Shown here in pieces: positions 37,105 to 46,204 of a stretch of 64,000 nucleotides of DNA. The DNA is from Planctomycetota bacterium. Its GTDB lineage: Bacteria > Planctomycetota > UBA1135 > UBA2386. The translations under genes were made by a program, and so were the position numbers. The stretch is taken from assembly GCA_965223545.1 (NCBI GenBank), contig OZ245006.1, positions 5,440,001-5,504,000 of the forward strand, written 5' to 3'. Position 1 is the first letter of the stretch, and the number at the start of each line of letters is the position of its first letter. The notes under the pieces are model-generated. The model had not been told where the DNA came from. It made no database searches and saw nothing but the letters and a program-made list of their open reading frames with translations.

Positions 37105-38124
37105 ATGCAGCTCACGATTCGTACCGCGTTCCTCACGGCCGCCCTGCTGGCGCTGCCGTGCCACGCGCAGACCAACATTCTCCGCAACAGTAGCTTCGAG
37201 GGCGGCGGCCTCGCCGGCTGGAACGTCTTCGGCAACGTCTTCGCCGAGAGCGGCAAGCCCGGCATCGTGCCGCGCACCGGCTCCACGCTGGCCAAGATGT
37301 TCGGTCAGTTCACCGGCTCCTTCAACGTCGGCGGCATCTTCCAGAGCTTCCCCGCCGCACCGGGTGACACCTTCACCATGGACTGCTGGTCGCGCCACTA
37401 CAGCGGCGATCCGCTGATCGGTGCCGGTCCGCCCAACGACAACTGGATGGTGATGAAGATCGCCTTCTTCGATGCGACCGGGGCCGAGATCACCGGCACC
37501 GAGGCGACGATCTTGGACGGCACGTCTCCGACCGATGTCTGGATCAACAACGCGCCGATCATGGCGACCGCGCCGGCGGCGACGGTTTCGGTGCAAGCGT
37601 TGATCCTCTTCCTGCAGCCGGCCGTGGATGGTGGCGCTGGTCAGGTCGACGACATCTTCTTCACCGGCGGCCCCGACAACCCTCCCTATCCCGGCACCAG
37701 CGAAGACCTGGTGTTGACCACCGGTGTGGGGCCGGGTGGCACGTCGGGCGGCAACGGCAACTACATCAAGCAAGCGTTCGCCGGCGACCTGATCGAGTGC
37801 AACGTCGCGTCGCCCAACGGCACCTACGCGCTGGCGCCGTACATCATGTTCGCGCAGGGTTTCGTCACCGGCAACCCACCGCAGCCGCTCGTGCTGCCGT
37901 CGCTGTATCTCGACCTCAGCAAGCCGATCATCCTGCTGGTGACCGGCAGTGGGCTGCCGCCGCTGGGTGCGGCGCTGATCGGCCCGAACGGCTCGTCGAC
38001 CTTCTATGCCGTGCCCGCTGGGTTGACTGGCAACAGTGTCATCGTGCAAGCGCTGGTCTCGGACATGAGCGCCGCCAACGGTCGCTACGCGGCGACCGAC
38101 GCCTACGAGTTCGAGTTCAAGTAA
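37105..38124 (+). CDS. secreted CBM-like protein, paralog 2 (tandem duplicate)
   Basis: Collinear with 36047..37069, with shared blocks GIFQSFPA, GDPLIGAGPPNDNW and YPGT.EDL. Confidence 0.75.
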   Translation: MQLTIRTAFLTAALLALPCHAQTNILRNSSFEGGGLAGWNVFGNVFAESGKPGIVPRTGSTLAKMFGQFTGSFNVGGIFQSFPAAPGDTFTMDCWSRHYSGDPLIGAGPPNDNWMVMKIAFFDATGAEITGTEATILDGTSPTDVWINNAPIMATAPAATVSVQALILFLQPAVDGGAGQVDDIFFTGGPDNPPYPGTSEDLVLTTGVGPGGTSGGNGNYIKQAFAGDLIECNVASPNGTYALAPYIMFAQGFVTGNPPQPLVLPSLYLDLSKPIILLVTGSGLPPLGAALIGPNGSSTFYAVPAGLTGNSVIVQALVSDMSAANGRYAATDAYEFEFK

Positions 38125-38142
38125 GCCGGCAATTCCGGCCCA

Positions 38143-38164
38143 CGCCCCGCGCGGATGCGGGGCG
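38143..38164 (+). terminator. GC-rich hairpin after the CBM-like pair
   Basis: CGCCCCGC-GCGGAT-GCGGGGCG with an 8-bp stem. No U-tract, so it may be a stabiliser or attenuator. Confidence 0.5.
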
Positions 38165-38223
38165 CTGACGCAACCCGCGGTTCCCCGCCCGGGGTCCGCT
38201 GCCACCTGATCCGGATCTTCGTC

Positions 38224-39786
38224 GTGCCCGCCCGTCCCCGGTCCGCTCACCCCACGTTGCTCGCCCTGGTGGTCGCCCTCGGCGGCTTCCTGATGGGGTT
38301 CGACACCGCGGTGATCTCGGGCGCGATCGACCCCATCAGCGGGGCGTTCACGCTCGACGCCGAGCAGACCGGCTGGGCGGTCAGCTGCTTGACCCTCGGC
38401 GCGACCGTGGCGATGGCGTTGGCCGGCAAGCTGGCCGATCGCATCGGTCGCCGGTCGGTGCTGATGCTCACCGCCGCGCTGTTCACCGGCTCGGCGATCG
38501 GCTGCGCGCTCGCCGATGAGTTTTGGATTCTCGTCGTCGCGCGCATCATCGGCGGCTTCGGGGTCGGCGGCGCGCTGCTGATCGCGCCGGTCTACATCGC
38601 CGAGATCGCGCCCGCGGAGCGCCGCGGCCAGCTGGTGTCCTTCAACCAGCTCAACATCGTGCTGGGGATCTCGGCCGCGTTCTTCTCCAACTACTTCCTC
38701 GGCGAAGCCGGCCTGTCGTGGCGCTGGATGCTGGGTGTCGAGGCGATCCCGGCGGCGCTGTACTTCCTGGCACTGCCGGCCGTGCCGCGCAGTCCGCGCT
38801 GGCTCGCCGCGCAGGGGAGGCTCGAGGAGGCGCGCGACGTCTTGGCGCGTATCCACGGCGCTGCGGCGGCCGACGCCGCGTTGAACGAAGTGCGCGCCGG
38901 GCTGGCGTCTGACGCAGCGCGACCGGCGGCGCGGGTGGGCGAGCTGCTCGACCGCCGCATGCGCCGGGTCATGGTGGTCGGGCTGGGGCTCGGCTTCTTC
39001 CAGCAGATCACCGGCATCAACGCGATCTTCTACTACTCGACGACGATCTTCTCGATGGCGGGCCTCGAGCGGGACACCGCGCTGTGGCACGCGGTCGTCG
39101 TCGGCCTCGTCAACGTCGTCTTCACTCTCTACGCCATGTGGCTCATCGACCGCGTCGGGCGCCGGCCGCTGCTCTTGGTCGGCACCGCGGTGATGACGCT
39201 CGCGCTGCTCGCCAGCGGTGCGGCCTTCGCCTCGGCCACCTACGCGGTGACGCCGGCCGCCGTGGCGACCACCACCAAGAAGTTGTCGGCCGATGCCGCC
39301 AGCGCCCTGCGCGCACTCGAGGGGCAGACCTACGATAGTCAGCTCGCGTTGGCTGCAGCGGTGCGCGACCGGCCCGCGTCGCTGGATGCCGATGCCGCCA
39401 CCGCGCTCTCCGGCGCGATCGAGGCGCTGGCCAAGAACAGCCTGCAGCTCGACGAGTGGGTGGTGCTGGTGGCGATCCTCGCCTACATCGCCGCGTTCGC
39501 GATCTCGCTCGGCCCGGTGATGTGGGCGATGTTCTCGGAGATCTTCCCGCAGCGCTTGCGCGGACTGGCGATCTCCGCCGCCGGCTTCTTCAACTCGGCG
39601 GTGTCGTTCACCGTCGTGCAGCTGTTCCCCACCGGCATCGACCGTCTGGGGCCGGCGGTGGTGTACTTCGTTTTCGCCGGTTTTGCCGCGATGGCGTTCG
39701 CCTTCTCGCTGTGGGTCGTGCCCGAGACCAAGGGCAAGAGTCTCGAAGAGCTCGAGGCGCAGTTGATCGGAGCGGGCGAAGCATGA
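38224..39786 (+). CDS. MFS sugar porter family transporter
   Basis: GFDTAVISGA, DRIGRR, YIAEIAP..RRG, QQITGINAIFYY, PETKGKSLEE. Start is uncertain. Confidence 0.93.
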   Translation: MPARPRSAHPTLLALVVALGGFLMGFDTAVISGAIDPISGAFTLDAEQTGWAVSCLTLGATVAMALAGKLADRIGRRSVLMLTAALFTGSAIGCALADEFWILVVARIIGGFGVGGALLIAPVYIAEIAPAERRGQLVSFNQLNIVLGISAAFFSNYFLGEAGLSWRWMLGVEAIPAALYFLALPAVPRSPRWLAAQGRLEEARDVLARIHGAAAADAALNEVRAGLASDAARPAARVGELLDRRMRRVMVVGLGLGFFQQITGINAIFYYSTTIFSMAGLERDTALWHAVVVGLVNVVFTLYAMWLIDRVGRRPLLLVGTAVMTLALLASGAAFASATYAVTPAAVATTTKKLSADAASALRALEGQTYDSQLALAAAVRDRPASLDADAATALSGAIEALAKNSLQLDEWVVLVAILAYIAAFAISLGPVMWAMFSEIFPQRLRGLAISAAGFFNSAVSFTVVQLFPTGIDRLGPAVVYFVFAGFAAMAFAFSLWVVPETKGKSLEELEAQLIGAGEA

Positions 39787-40967
39787 TGCGGTTGGCGATT
39801 CGGCTGTCGGGGTTCGCGGTGTCGGCGGCGCTGGGACCCTGCGCTGCGGCGATGGCCCAACAAGAGCTGACGGTGGCGCTGCCGAAGGTCGAAGCGCCCG
39901 CGGCAGAGGGCTTCGTCGACTTCGGGCTCGAGGTCGCGGTCGGCGGCCGTTATCGGTGTGTGGTGCAGGTTGCACCGAGCCAAGGCGGCACCGCCGTGGT
40001 GTGGGTGGAGGACTACGTCGGCAATCCCGACGGCCGCACCTACGACATCACCGGTCCGCTGCCGGTGGCGGCGAGTGTCGATGCGGTCGAGTGCAGCGGC
40101 AGCCCCCTGGACCGGGGCCCCCGTCGCATGCGCGTGCACTGGAGTGGTGGGCCGCTGCAGCTGCGCGCGGTGCGCTTCTCACTGATGCGTCGGCATGCCC
40201 ACACCCCGACCGCGATGGTGCAGCGCACCCAGGGCGAGCAGTGGGTGCTGGTCTGGTCGGACGAGTTCGACGGCGAGGGAGCACCGGACCCGGCGAAGTG
40301 GACCCATGACCTCGGCAACTGGGGATGGGGCAACCGCGAGCTGCAGTACTACACGGATGCGTCGAAGGACAACGCGCGGCGCGAAGGGGGCCACCTGATC
40401 ATCGAGGCGCGCCGGGACGGCGCCGGCGCGTGGACCTCGGCGCGGCTGACGACGCGGGGCAAAGTCAGCTTCCTCTACGGTCGGGTCGAGATCCGCGCCA
40501 TGGTCCCGGCCGGCGACGGCATGTGGGCCGCGGGCTGGCTTCTGGGCGATGCCTATCGCGACGAGAAGTCCTGGCCCTACTGCGGCGAGATCGACGTGCT
40601 CGAGGGCGTCGGCAAGGAGATCGACGACACGACCGGCGACGGCACCAATCACGCGTCGTGCCATACGCGGGCCTACTACTTCAAGCAGGGCAACCACATC
40701 TCTTCTCGGACGCAGGTGGCGGGCATGGGCACGTCGTTTCACGACTACGTGCTCGAGTGGTGGCCGGACCGGATCACGGTCGCTGTCGACGGTGAGCAGT
40801 ACTACGTCTACGACAAGACCGACGGCCCGTTGGAGTGGCCGTTCGACACGCCGCAGAATCTGATCCTCAATCTGGCGGTCGGGGGCGGCATGGGGGGACC
40901 GGTTGCCGAGGGGTTGCAGCGGCAGCGCTACGTCATCGACCACGTCAGGGTGTACGGCCGGCAATGA
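39783..40967 (+). CDS. GH16 endo-beta-1,3-glucanase (laminarinase-like)
   Basis: WSDEF, WGNRELQYY, SARL, WPYCGEIDVLE catalytic motif, NLAVGG. Confidence 0.92.
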   Translation: MMRLAIRLSGFAVSAALGPCAAAMAQQELTVALPKVEAPAAEGFVDFGLEVAVGGRYRCVVQVAPSQGGTAVVWVEDYVGNPDGRTYDITGPLPVAASVDAVECSGSPLDRGPRRMRVHWSGGPLQLRAVRFSLMRRHAHTPTAMVQRTQGEQWVLVWSDEFDGEGAPDPAKWTHDLGNWGWGNRELQYYTDASKDNARREGGHLIIEARRDGAGAWTSARLTTRGKVSFLYGRVEIRAMVPAGDGMWAAGWLLGDAYRDEKSWPYCGEIDVLEGVGKEIDDTTGDGTNHASCHTRAYYFKQGNHISSRTQVAGMGTSFHDYVLEWWPDRITVAVDGEQYYVYDKTDGPLEWPFDTPQNLILNLAVGGGMGGPVAEGLQRQRYVIDHVRVYGRQ

Positions 40968-43900
40968 AGTTTTCGCTCGGGCAGCAGCCGTACGCGGGCA
41001 ACGACTCGGTCGCGCCGACGAACTCGATCGTCGACGTCGACGGGCAGCGCTTCCATCGCATCGACGGTGTCGATGCGATGCCGCCGTTCTTCCTCACCGT
41101 GGTCAGCGGCGGTGACCGGTGGCTGTACGCGACCAGTCGCGGCGTGTTGACGGCTGGCCGCCGCAGCCCGACGGCGGCGTTGTTCCCGTATGAGACCGAC
41201 GGCAGGTTGCTGGCCGGCGACGCCAGCGCGGGACCGCGCACGGTCGTGTTCGCCACCGCTGCCGACGGCGCGACGCGCCGCTGGGAACCGCAGCGCTACG
41301 CCGGCGACGGGGTCTACCGGCTGCGTCGCTCGTTGGCGAAGAGCACGCTGGGTGACGAGCTGCGGCTCGAAGAGCGCAATCTCGACTTGGGCCTCACCAT
41401 GCGTCAGAGCTGGCGCAGCGGCCGGCGTTTCGGTTTCGTGCGCTCGGCGGAGATCCACAACGAGGGCGACGCGCCGGTCCGGCTGCGCCTGCTCGATGGC
41501 TTGGTCTCGGTGATGGCCGCCGACATCGATCGCGGCATGCAAGCCCACCTGAGCACGTTGGTCGACGCGTATCGGCTGACCGAGTGGGTGGCGGACGGCG
41601 GCGTCGCCCTGTTCCGCCTGAACTCGATTCCGGTCGATCGCGCAACGCCCAACGAAGCGTTGCGCGCGCACGCTGCGTGGTTGCGTGGCCTGCCGGCACC
41701 GACGGTGCTGCTGTCCGCACGGCAGCTCGACGCCTTCCGCCGCGGTGGTGACGTGATGCCGGAGCGCACCGCGCGCGGCGTGCCCGGCGCACTCCTGGTG
41801 GTCAGCGAGTTCGAGCTGCGGCCCGGCGAGCGCCGGCAGTGGTTGTGCGGGGTCGACGGCGCGCTCGACGCCGCGGGCGTAGTCGCGCTGTGCGACGCGC
41901 TTGGACCCGCACCGGAGCTCGGGCAGGATCTGCGGCGTGCGATCGCGGAGGATCTCGACGAGGATCGGCAGCGCCTGGTCGCGCACTTGGTCGGCGCCGA
42001 CGGCGTGCAGCACAGCGGCGACGGAATCGAGGACGCGCGGCACTGCGCCAACACGCTCAACAACATCCTGCGTGGTGGCACATTCGTGGACCGCGGCGAT
42101 GTCTGCGCGGAGGACTTCGCTCGCTACCTCCGCGAGGTGGCTCCGCAGATCGCCGCGCGGGTCTCGCTGGCCAGCCTGCCGGCGCGTCTGGCTCGCAGTG
42201 AGCTCGTCGCCGCGGCTGCAGCCAGCGGCGACGTCGACTACGAGCGGCTTGCGGTGGAATACCTGCCGCTCACCTTCAGCCGCCGCCACGGCGATCCCAG
42301 CAGGCCGTGGAACGACTTCTGCATCGACACCCACGACGACGATGGCGGTCCTCGGTTTCGATACGAGGGCAACTGGCGCGACATCTTCCAGAACTGGGAA
42401 GCGCTGCTGCACAGCTATCCCGCCTACGTCGAGGCGGCGATCGTCAAGTTCGCCAACGCCTCCACCGCCGACGGCTACAACCCCTACCGGATCAGCCGCG
42501 AAGGCGTCGACTGGGAGGTACCGGACGCCGACGACCCGTGGGCGCACATCGGCTACTGGGGTGATCATCAGATCGTCTATCTGCAGCGCTTGCTGCGGCT
42601 CGCCGAAGAGGTGGCGCCCGGGCGGCTGGCTGCGTTGCTGCGCCGGCCAGTGTTCGTGTTCGTCGACGTGCCGTACCGAATCGCCGACTACGACGCGCTG
42701 CTGCGCAACCCGTTCGAGACGATCGCGTTCGACGCCGATCGGGATCGAGAGATCCGCGCCGCGGTGGCGGTCCTCGGCAACGAGGCTCGGCTGGTCCGCG
42801 GGGGGGCGGGTCCGGAGGGCGAGGCAGTGCCGCGGCGCGCCACGCTGGCCGAGAAGCTGCTGATCCCGGTGCTGGCCAAGCTCGGCAACTTCGTCGCCGG
42901 CGGCGGCATCTGGCTGAACACCCAGCGCCCCGAATGGAACGACGCCAACAACGCGCTGGTCGGCCGCGGTGTCTCGGTCGTCACGGCGGCGCACTTGTCG
43001 TGCCACGTCGGTGCGCTGCGGCGGTTGGTCGCGAGCGCCGGCGACACCCCCGTGGGGATCGCGCGCGCCGTGGTCGTTCACCTGCGCGCCGTGCGCTCCG
43101 CGTTCGCCGAGCATCACGACGTGCTTTCGGCGGCGACGCCCGCTGGCCGCCGTGCGCTGCTGGATGCGCTCGGCCGCGCCGCATCGGAATACCGCGCCGC
43201 GACCTACCGGGGAGACGTGGGCGCGAGGCTCGACCTCGATGTCGCCGAGGTGCACGGTTTCTTGGAGGAGGCGCAGGCGTGGTTGACCGCGACCGTGCGC
43301 GCCAACCGCCGCGCCGACGGGCTGTTGCACGCCTACAACCGGCTGAGTCTGCAGGCGGATGGCGGCATCGCGATCGAGAGGCTGCCAGTGATGCTCGAGG
43401 GCCAAGTCGCGGCACTGGCGTCGGGTGCGCTGACGCCAATCGAGGCGGCGGACCTCCTCGACGCGCTGCGCGCCAGCCCGCTGTGGCGCGACGATCTCGG
43501 CACCTACATGCTCTACCCCGACCGCCCGACGGTCTCCCTGCTCGACCGCGGCGTCATCCCGCCGGCAGCGCTCGATCGGCTGTCGCTGCTGCGCGCTCTG
43601 CTCGATGCCGGCGATCGGCGGATCCTGCGGCGGGACGCCCGCGGCGTGGTTCGCTTTGCGCCCGCCCACCGCAACCGCGGTTGTTTGCAGCGCGCGCTGG
43701 CCGAGCTGGCGGCGACGGCGCCGGCCATGGCCGAGCTGATCGGCGAGCAGGGCGACGCGCTGCTCGAGCTCTACGACGACGTGTTCGAGCACGCGGCGTT
43801 CACCGGGCGCTCATGCACGTTCTTCGGCTACGAGGGCCTGGGCAGCGTGTACTGGCACATGGTCTCCAAGCTGCGGCTGGCCGTGCTCGAAACTCTGGCG

Positions 43901-44341
43901 GCGACCGATCCGGCCTCACCCGCCGTGCCGCGGCTCCAAGCACACGCGCGCGCCTTGCGCGAGGGCTTGGGCGTCGGCCGCTCGCCGGCCGAGTACGGCG
44001 CTCTGCCGTCCGATCCGTACTCGCACACGCCGGCGCACGGCGGTGCGCGGCAGCCGGGGATGACCGGTCAGGTTAAAGAAGACCTGGTCGCCCGCCGGCT
44101 GGAGCTGGGGGTGCGCTTCGAGGAGGGGGCGGTCCGCTTTGTCGCCAGCGACCAGGGGCCGGTGCGCTTCTCGGTGTGTGGCGTGCCGGTCGAGCGCACA
44201 GGCGGCGACGGGCCGCCGGAGGTGGTCGTCACCCTCGCCGATGGCGCGGTGGTGCGGTTCGAGGACGGCCGTCTGGACCCGCAGCTGTCCGCGTCGCTGT
44301 TGGCGCGCGACGGCCGCATCGCGCGCATCGACGTGCGCTGA
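40964..44341 (+). CDS. GH149-like beta-1,3-glucan phosphorylase
   Basis: Family blocks FSRRHGDPSRPWN, YEGNWRDIFQNWEAL, GYWGDHQI, NTQRPEWNDANNALVG, YEGLGSVYWHMVSKL, QPGMTGQVKED. Confidence 0.88.
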   Translation: MKFSLGQQPYAGNDSVAPTNSIVDVDGQRFHRIDGVDAMPPFFLTVVSGGDRWLYATSRGVLTAGRRSPTAALFPYETDGRLLAGDASAGPRTVVFATAADGATRRWEPQRYAGDGVYRLRRSLAKSTLGDELRLEERNLDLGLTMRQSWRSGRRFGFVRSAEIHNEGDAPVRLRLLDGLVSVMAADIDRGMQAHLSTLVDAYRLTEWVADGGVALFRLNSIPVDRATPNEALRAHAAWLRGLPAPTVLLSARQLDAFRRGGDVMPERTARGVPGALLVVSEFELRPGERRQWLCGVDGALDAAGVVALCDALGPAPELGQDLRRAIAEDLDEDRQRLVAHLVGADGVQHSGDGIEDARHCANTLNNILRGGTFVDRGDVCAEDFARYLREVAPQIAARVSLASLPARLARSELVAAAAASGDVDYERLAVEYLPLTFSRRHGDPSRPWNDFCIDTHDDDGGPRFRYEGNWRDIFQNWEALLHSYPAYVEAAIVKFANASTADGYNPYRISREGVDWEVPDADDPWAHIGYWGDHQIVYLQRLLRLAEEVAPGRLAALLRRPVFVFVDVPYRIADYDALLRNPFETIAFDADRDREIRAAVAVLGNEARLVRGGAGPEGEAVPRRATLAEKLLIPVLAKLGNFVAGGGIWLNTQRPEWNDANNALVGRGVSVVTAAHLSCHVGALRRLVASAGDTPVGIARAVVVHLRAVRSAFAEHHDVLSAATPAGRRALLDALGRAASEYRAATYRGDVGARLDLDVAEVHGFLEEAQAWLTATVRANRRADGLLHAYNRLSLQADGGIAIERLPVMLEGQVAALASGALTPIEAADLLDALRASPLWRDDLGTYMLYPDRPTVSLLDRGVIPPAALDRLSLLRALLDAGDRRILRRDARGVVRFAPAHRNRGCLQRALAELAATAPAMAELIGEQGDALLELYDDVFEHAAFTGRSCTFFGYEGLGSVYWHMVSKLRLAVLETLAATDPASPAVPRLQAHARALREGLGVGRSPAEYGALPSDPYSHTPAHGGARQPGMTGQVKEDLVARRLELGVRFEEGAVRFVASDQGPVRFSVCGVPVERTGGDGPPEVVVTLADGAVVRFEDGRLDPQLSASLLARDGRIARIDVR

Positions 44342-44398
44342 TGCGCGCGCAAGCGCAGAGGTGTGGCGTGGCGAGCGCCTTCGCGCTGTGATGCAGCA

Positions 44399-46192
44399 AT
44401 GCTCCGTGCCACCGCCGTCGCGTGTGTCCTCGCTGCTCTGCCGGCGCAAAAGGGTCTGGTGATCGTCGCCGTCGGCGATGCCAGCGCGCGCGCCGGGGAA
44501 GGCGCAAGCGCCGCGTGGCCGCAGCGCGTCGAGCAACTCTGCCGGGGAAAGCCCGCCGTGATCGGTCCGGTCTTGCTCGATCGGACGGCAGCGGGGCGCA
44601 CGTCGCGTGATGTGGTCGAGCTGTTGGCCGACGGCGGCACCGGCGACGTCCTGGCCCTGCAGCTGGGGGGTGCCGATGCGCTGGTCGAGGTCGATGCCGG
44701 CGCCAGCGAGCCGCGCGTCGCGCGCGCGGCCTTCGCCGCCAACCTCAGCGGCATCGTCGCCGGCTATGGCCAGCGCTGTGCACCGTTGTTGATCACGCCG
44801 TCGCCCCTGCGGTGGACGCCGGAGCTGCGCGCGCGCTACGGCCGCGCACCGTACGATGCCGGTGACGAACGTGGACTCGACGTCGTGCTCAGCACCTACG
44901 CCGCCGAAGTGCGCGATCTCGCCGCGCGCACCGGCACGCCGCTGGTGGACGTGCACCGGGCGTTCTCGCGCCGCGACCGCTTTGCCGGCCACGCTGCCGC
45001 CGACTGGCTGCGCGATGGGTTGCACCCCAACGACACCGGTCAGCAAGTGATCGCCCACCTCGTCGCGCATGGCGTGTTCGCGCAGCGAAAGCTCGGGCTG
45101 CAGCCACGGCCGCGGCCGGACTACTCGATCCCGGTGCTCGACCTGAGTCGGCAGCGCCACCGGCAGGTGATCGTCGACCGCGAGGCCGGGCAATACCTCG
45201 GTCATCCGACGACGGTGTTGCTCGAGGACGGCTCGACGATGCTGGCGGTCTATCCCAAGGGCCACGGCCGTGGCGCGATCCAGCTCAAGCGCTCGACCGA
45301 CGGTGGCCGGACGTGGAGCGAGCGGCTGTCGACGCCGGCGAGTTGGGCGACGTCGAAGGAGACGCCGACGATCCACCGCGTCGTCGATGCGGAGGGGACG
45401 CGCCGGCTAGTGCTGTTCTCCGGGCTGTACCCGATCCGCATGGCGGTGTCGGAGGACGATGGCGAGAGCTGGTCGGAGCTCGCGCCGATCGGCGACTACG
45501 GCGGCATCGTCGCGATGGGCTGCGTGATCCCGACCACGACCGCGGGGCGCTACCTCGCCCTGTTCCACGATGATGGCCGCTTCATCGCCAACGCCGGGCG
45601 CGACGCCGGCCCGGCGCGGTTCGCGGTCTACCAGGTGGAGAGCGTGGACGGGGGGCTGACGTGGAGTGCGCCGCGGTCGATCGCCAGCGGTGCGCCGCAC
45701 CACTGCGAGCCCGGCTTCGTGCGCTCGCCCGATGGCAAGACGCTGGCCGTGCTGCTGCGCGAGAACAGCCGCCGTTGGAACAGCCACGTGATCTTCTCCA
45801 CCGACGAGGGCGCGACGTGGAGTGCGCCGCGCGAGCTGCCGGGCGCGTTGACCGGCGACCGGCACGTCGCGCGCTACGCACCCGACGGCCGTCTGTTCGT
45901 CACCTTCCGCGACCGCACTCTGGTCAGCCCGACGTGGGGCGACTGGGTTGCGTGGGTCGGGACTTGGGACGATCTGGTCGCGGGCGGCGAGGGCCAGTAC
46001 CGCGTGCGGCTGATGGACAACCACAAGAGCGCGGACTGCGCTTACCCGGGGCTCGAGCTCTTGCCGGACGGGACCTTCGTGACCACGACGTACGGACACT
46101 GGCGCCGCGGCGAGGAACCGTACGTGGCCAGCGTCCGGCTGCGTATGGAGGAACTCGACGCGTTGGCGAGCGACCCGCGCGAGCTGCGCTGA
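44399..46192 (+). CDS. secreted SGNH-like domain fused to a sialidase-like (BNR/Asp-box) domain
   Basis: DGLHP motif, four Asp-boxes (STDGGRTWS, SEDDGESWS, SVDGGLTWS, STDEGATWS) and DCAYP. Confidence 0.82.
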   Translation: MLRATAVACVLAALPAQKGLVIVAVGDASARAGEGASAAWPQRVEQLCRGKPAVIGPVLLDRTAAGRTSRDVVELLADGGTGDVLALQLGGADALVEVDAGASEPRVARAAFAANLSGIVAGYGQRCAPLLITPSPLRWTPELRARYGRAPYDAGDERGLDVVLSTYAAEVRDLAARTGTPLVDVHRAFSRRDRFAGHAAADWLRDGLHPNDTGQQVIAHLVAHGVFAQRKLGLQPRPRPDYSIPVLDLSRQRHRQVIVDREAGQYLGHPTTVLLEDGSTMLAVYPKGHGRGAIQLKRSTDGGRTWSERLSTPASWATSKETPTIHRVVDAEGTRRLVLFSGLYPIRMAVSEDDGESWSELAPIGDYGGIVAMGCVIPTTTAGRYLALFHDDGRFIANAGRDAGPARFAVYQVESVDGGLTWSAPRSIASGAPHHCEPGFVRSPDGKTLAVLLRENSRRWNSHVIFSTDEGATWSAPRELPGALTGDRHVARYAPDGRLFVTFRDRTLVSPTWGDWVAWVGTWDDLVAGGEGQYRVRLMDNHKSADCAYPGLELLPDGTFVTTTYGHWRRGEEPYVASVRLRMEELDALASDPRELR

Positions 46193-46204
46193 CGAGCGGT
46201 CGCC

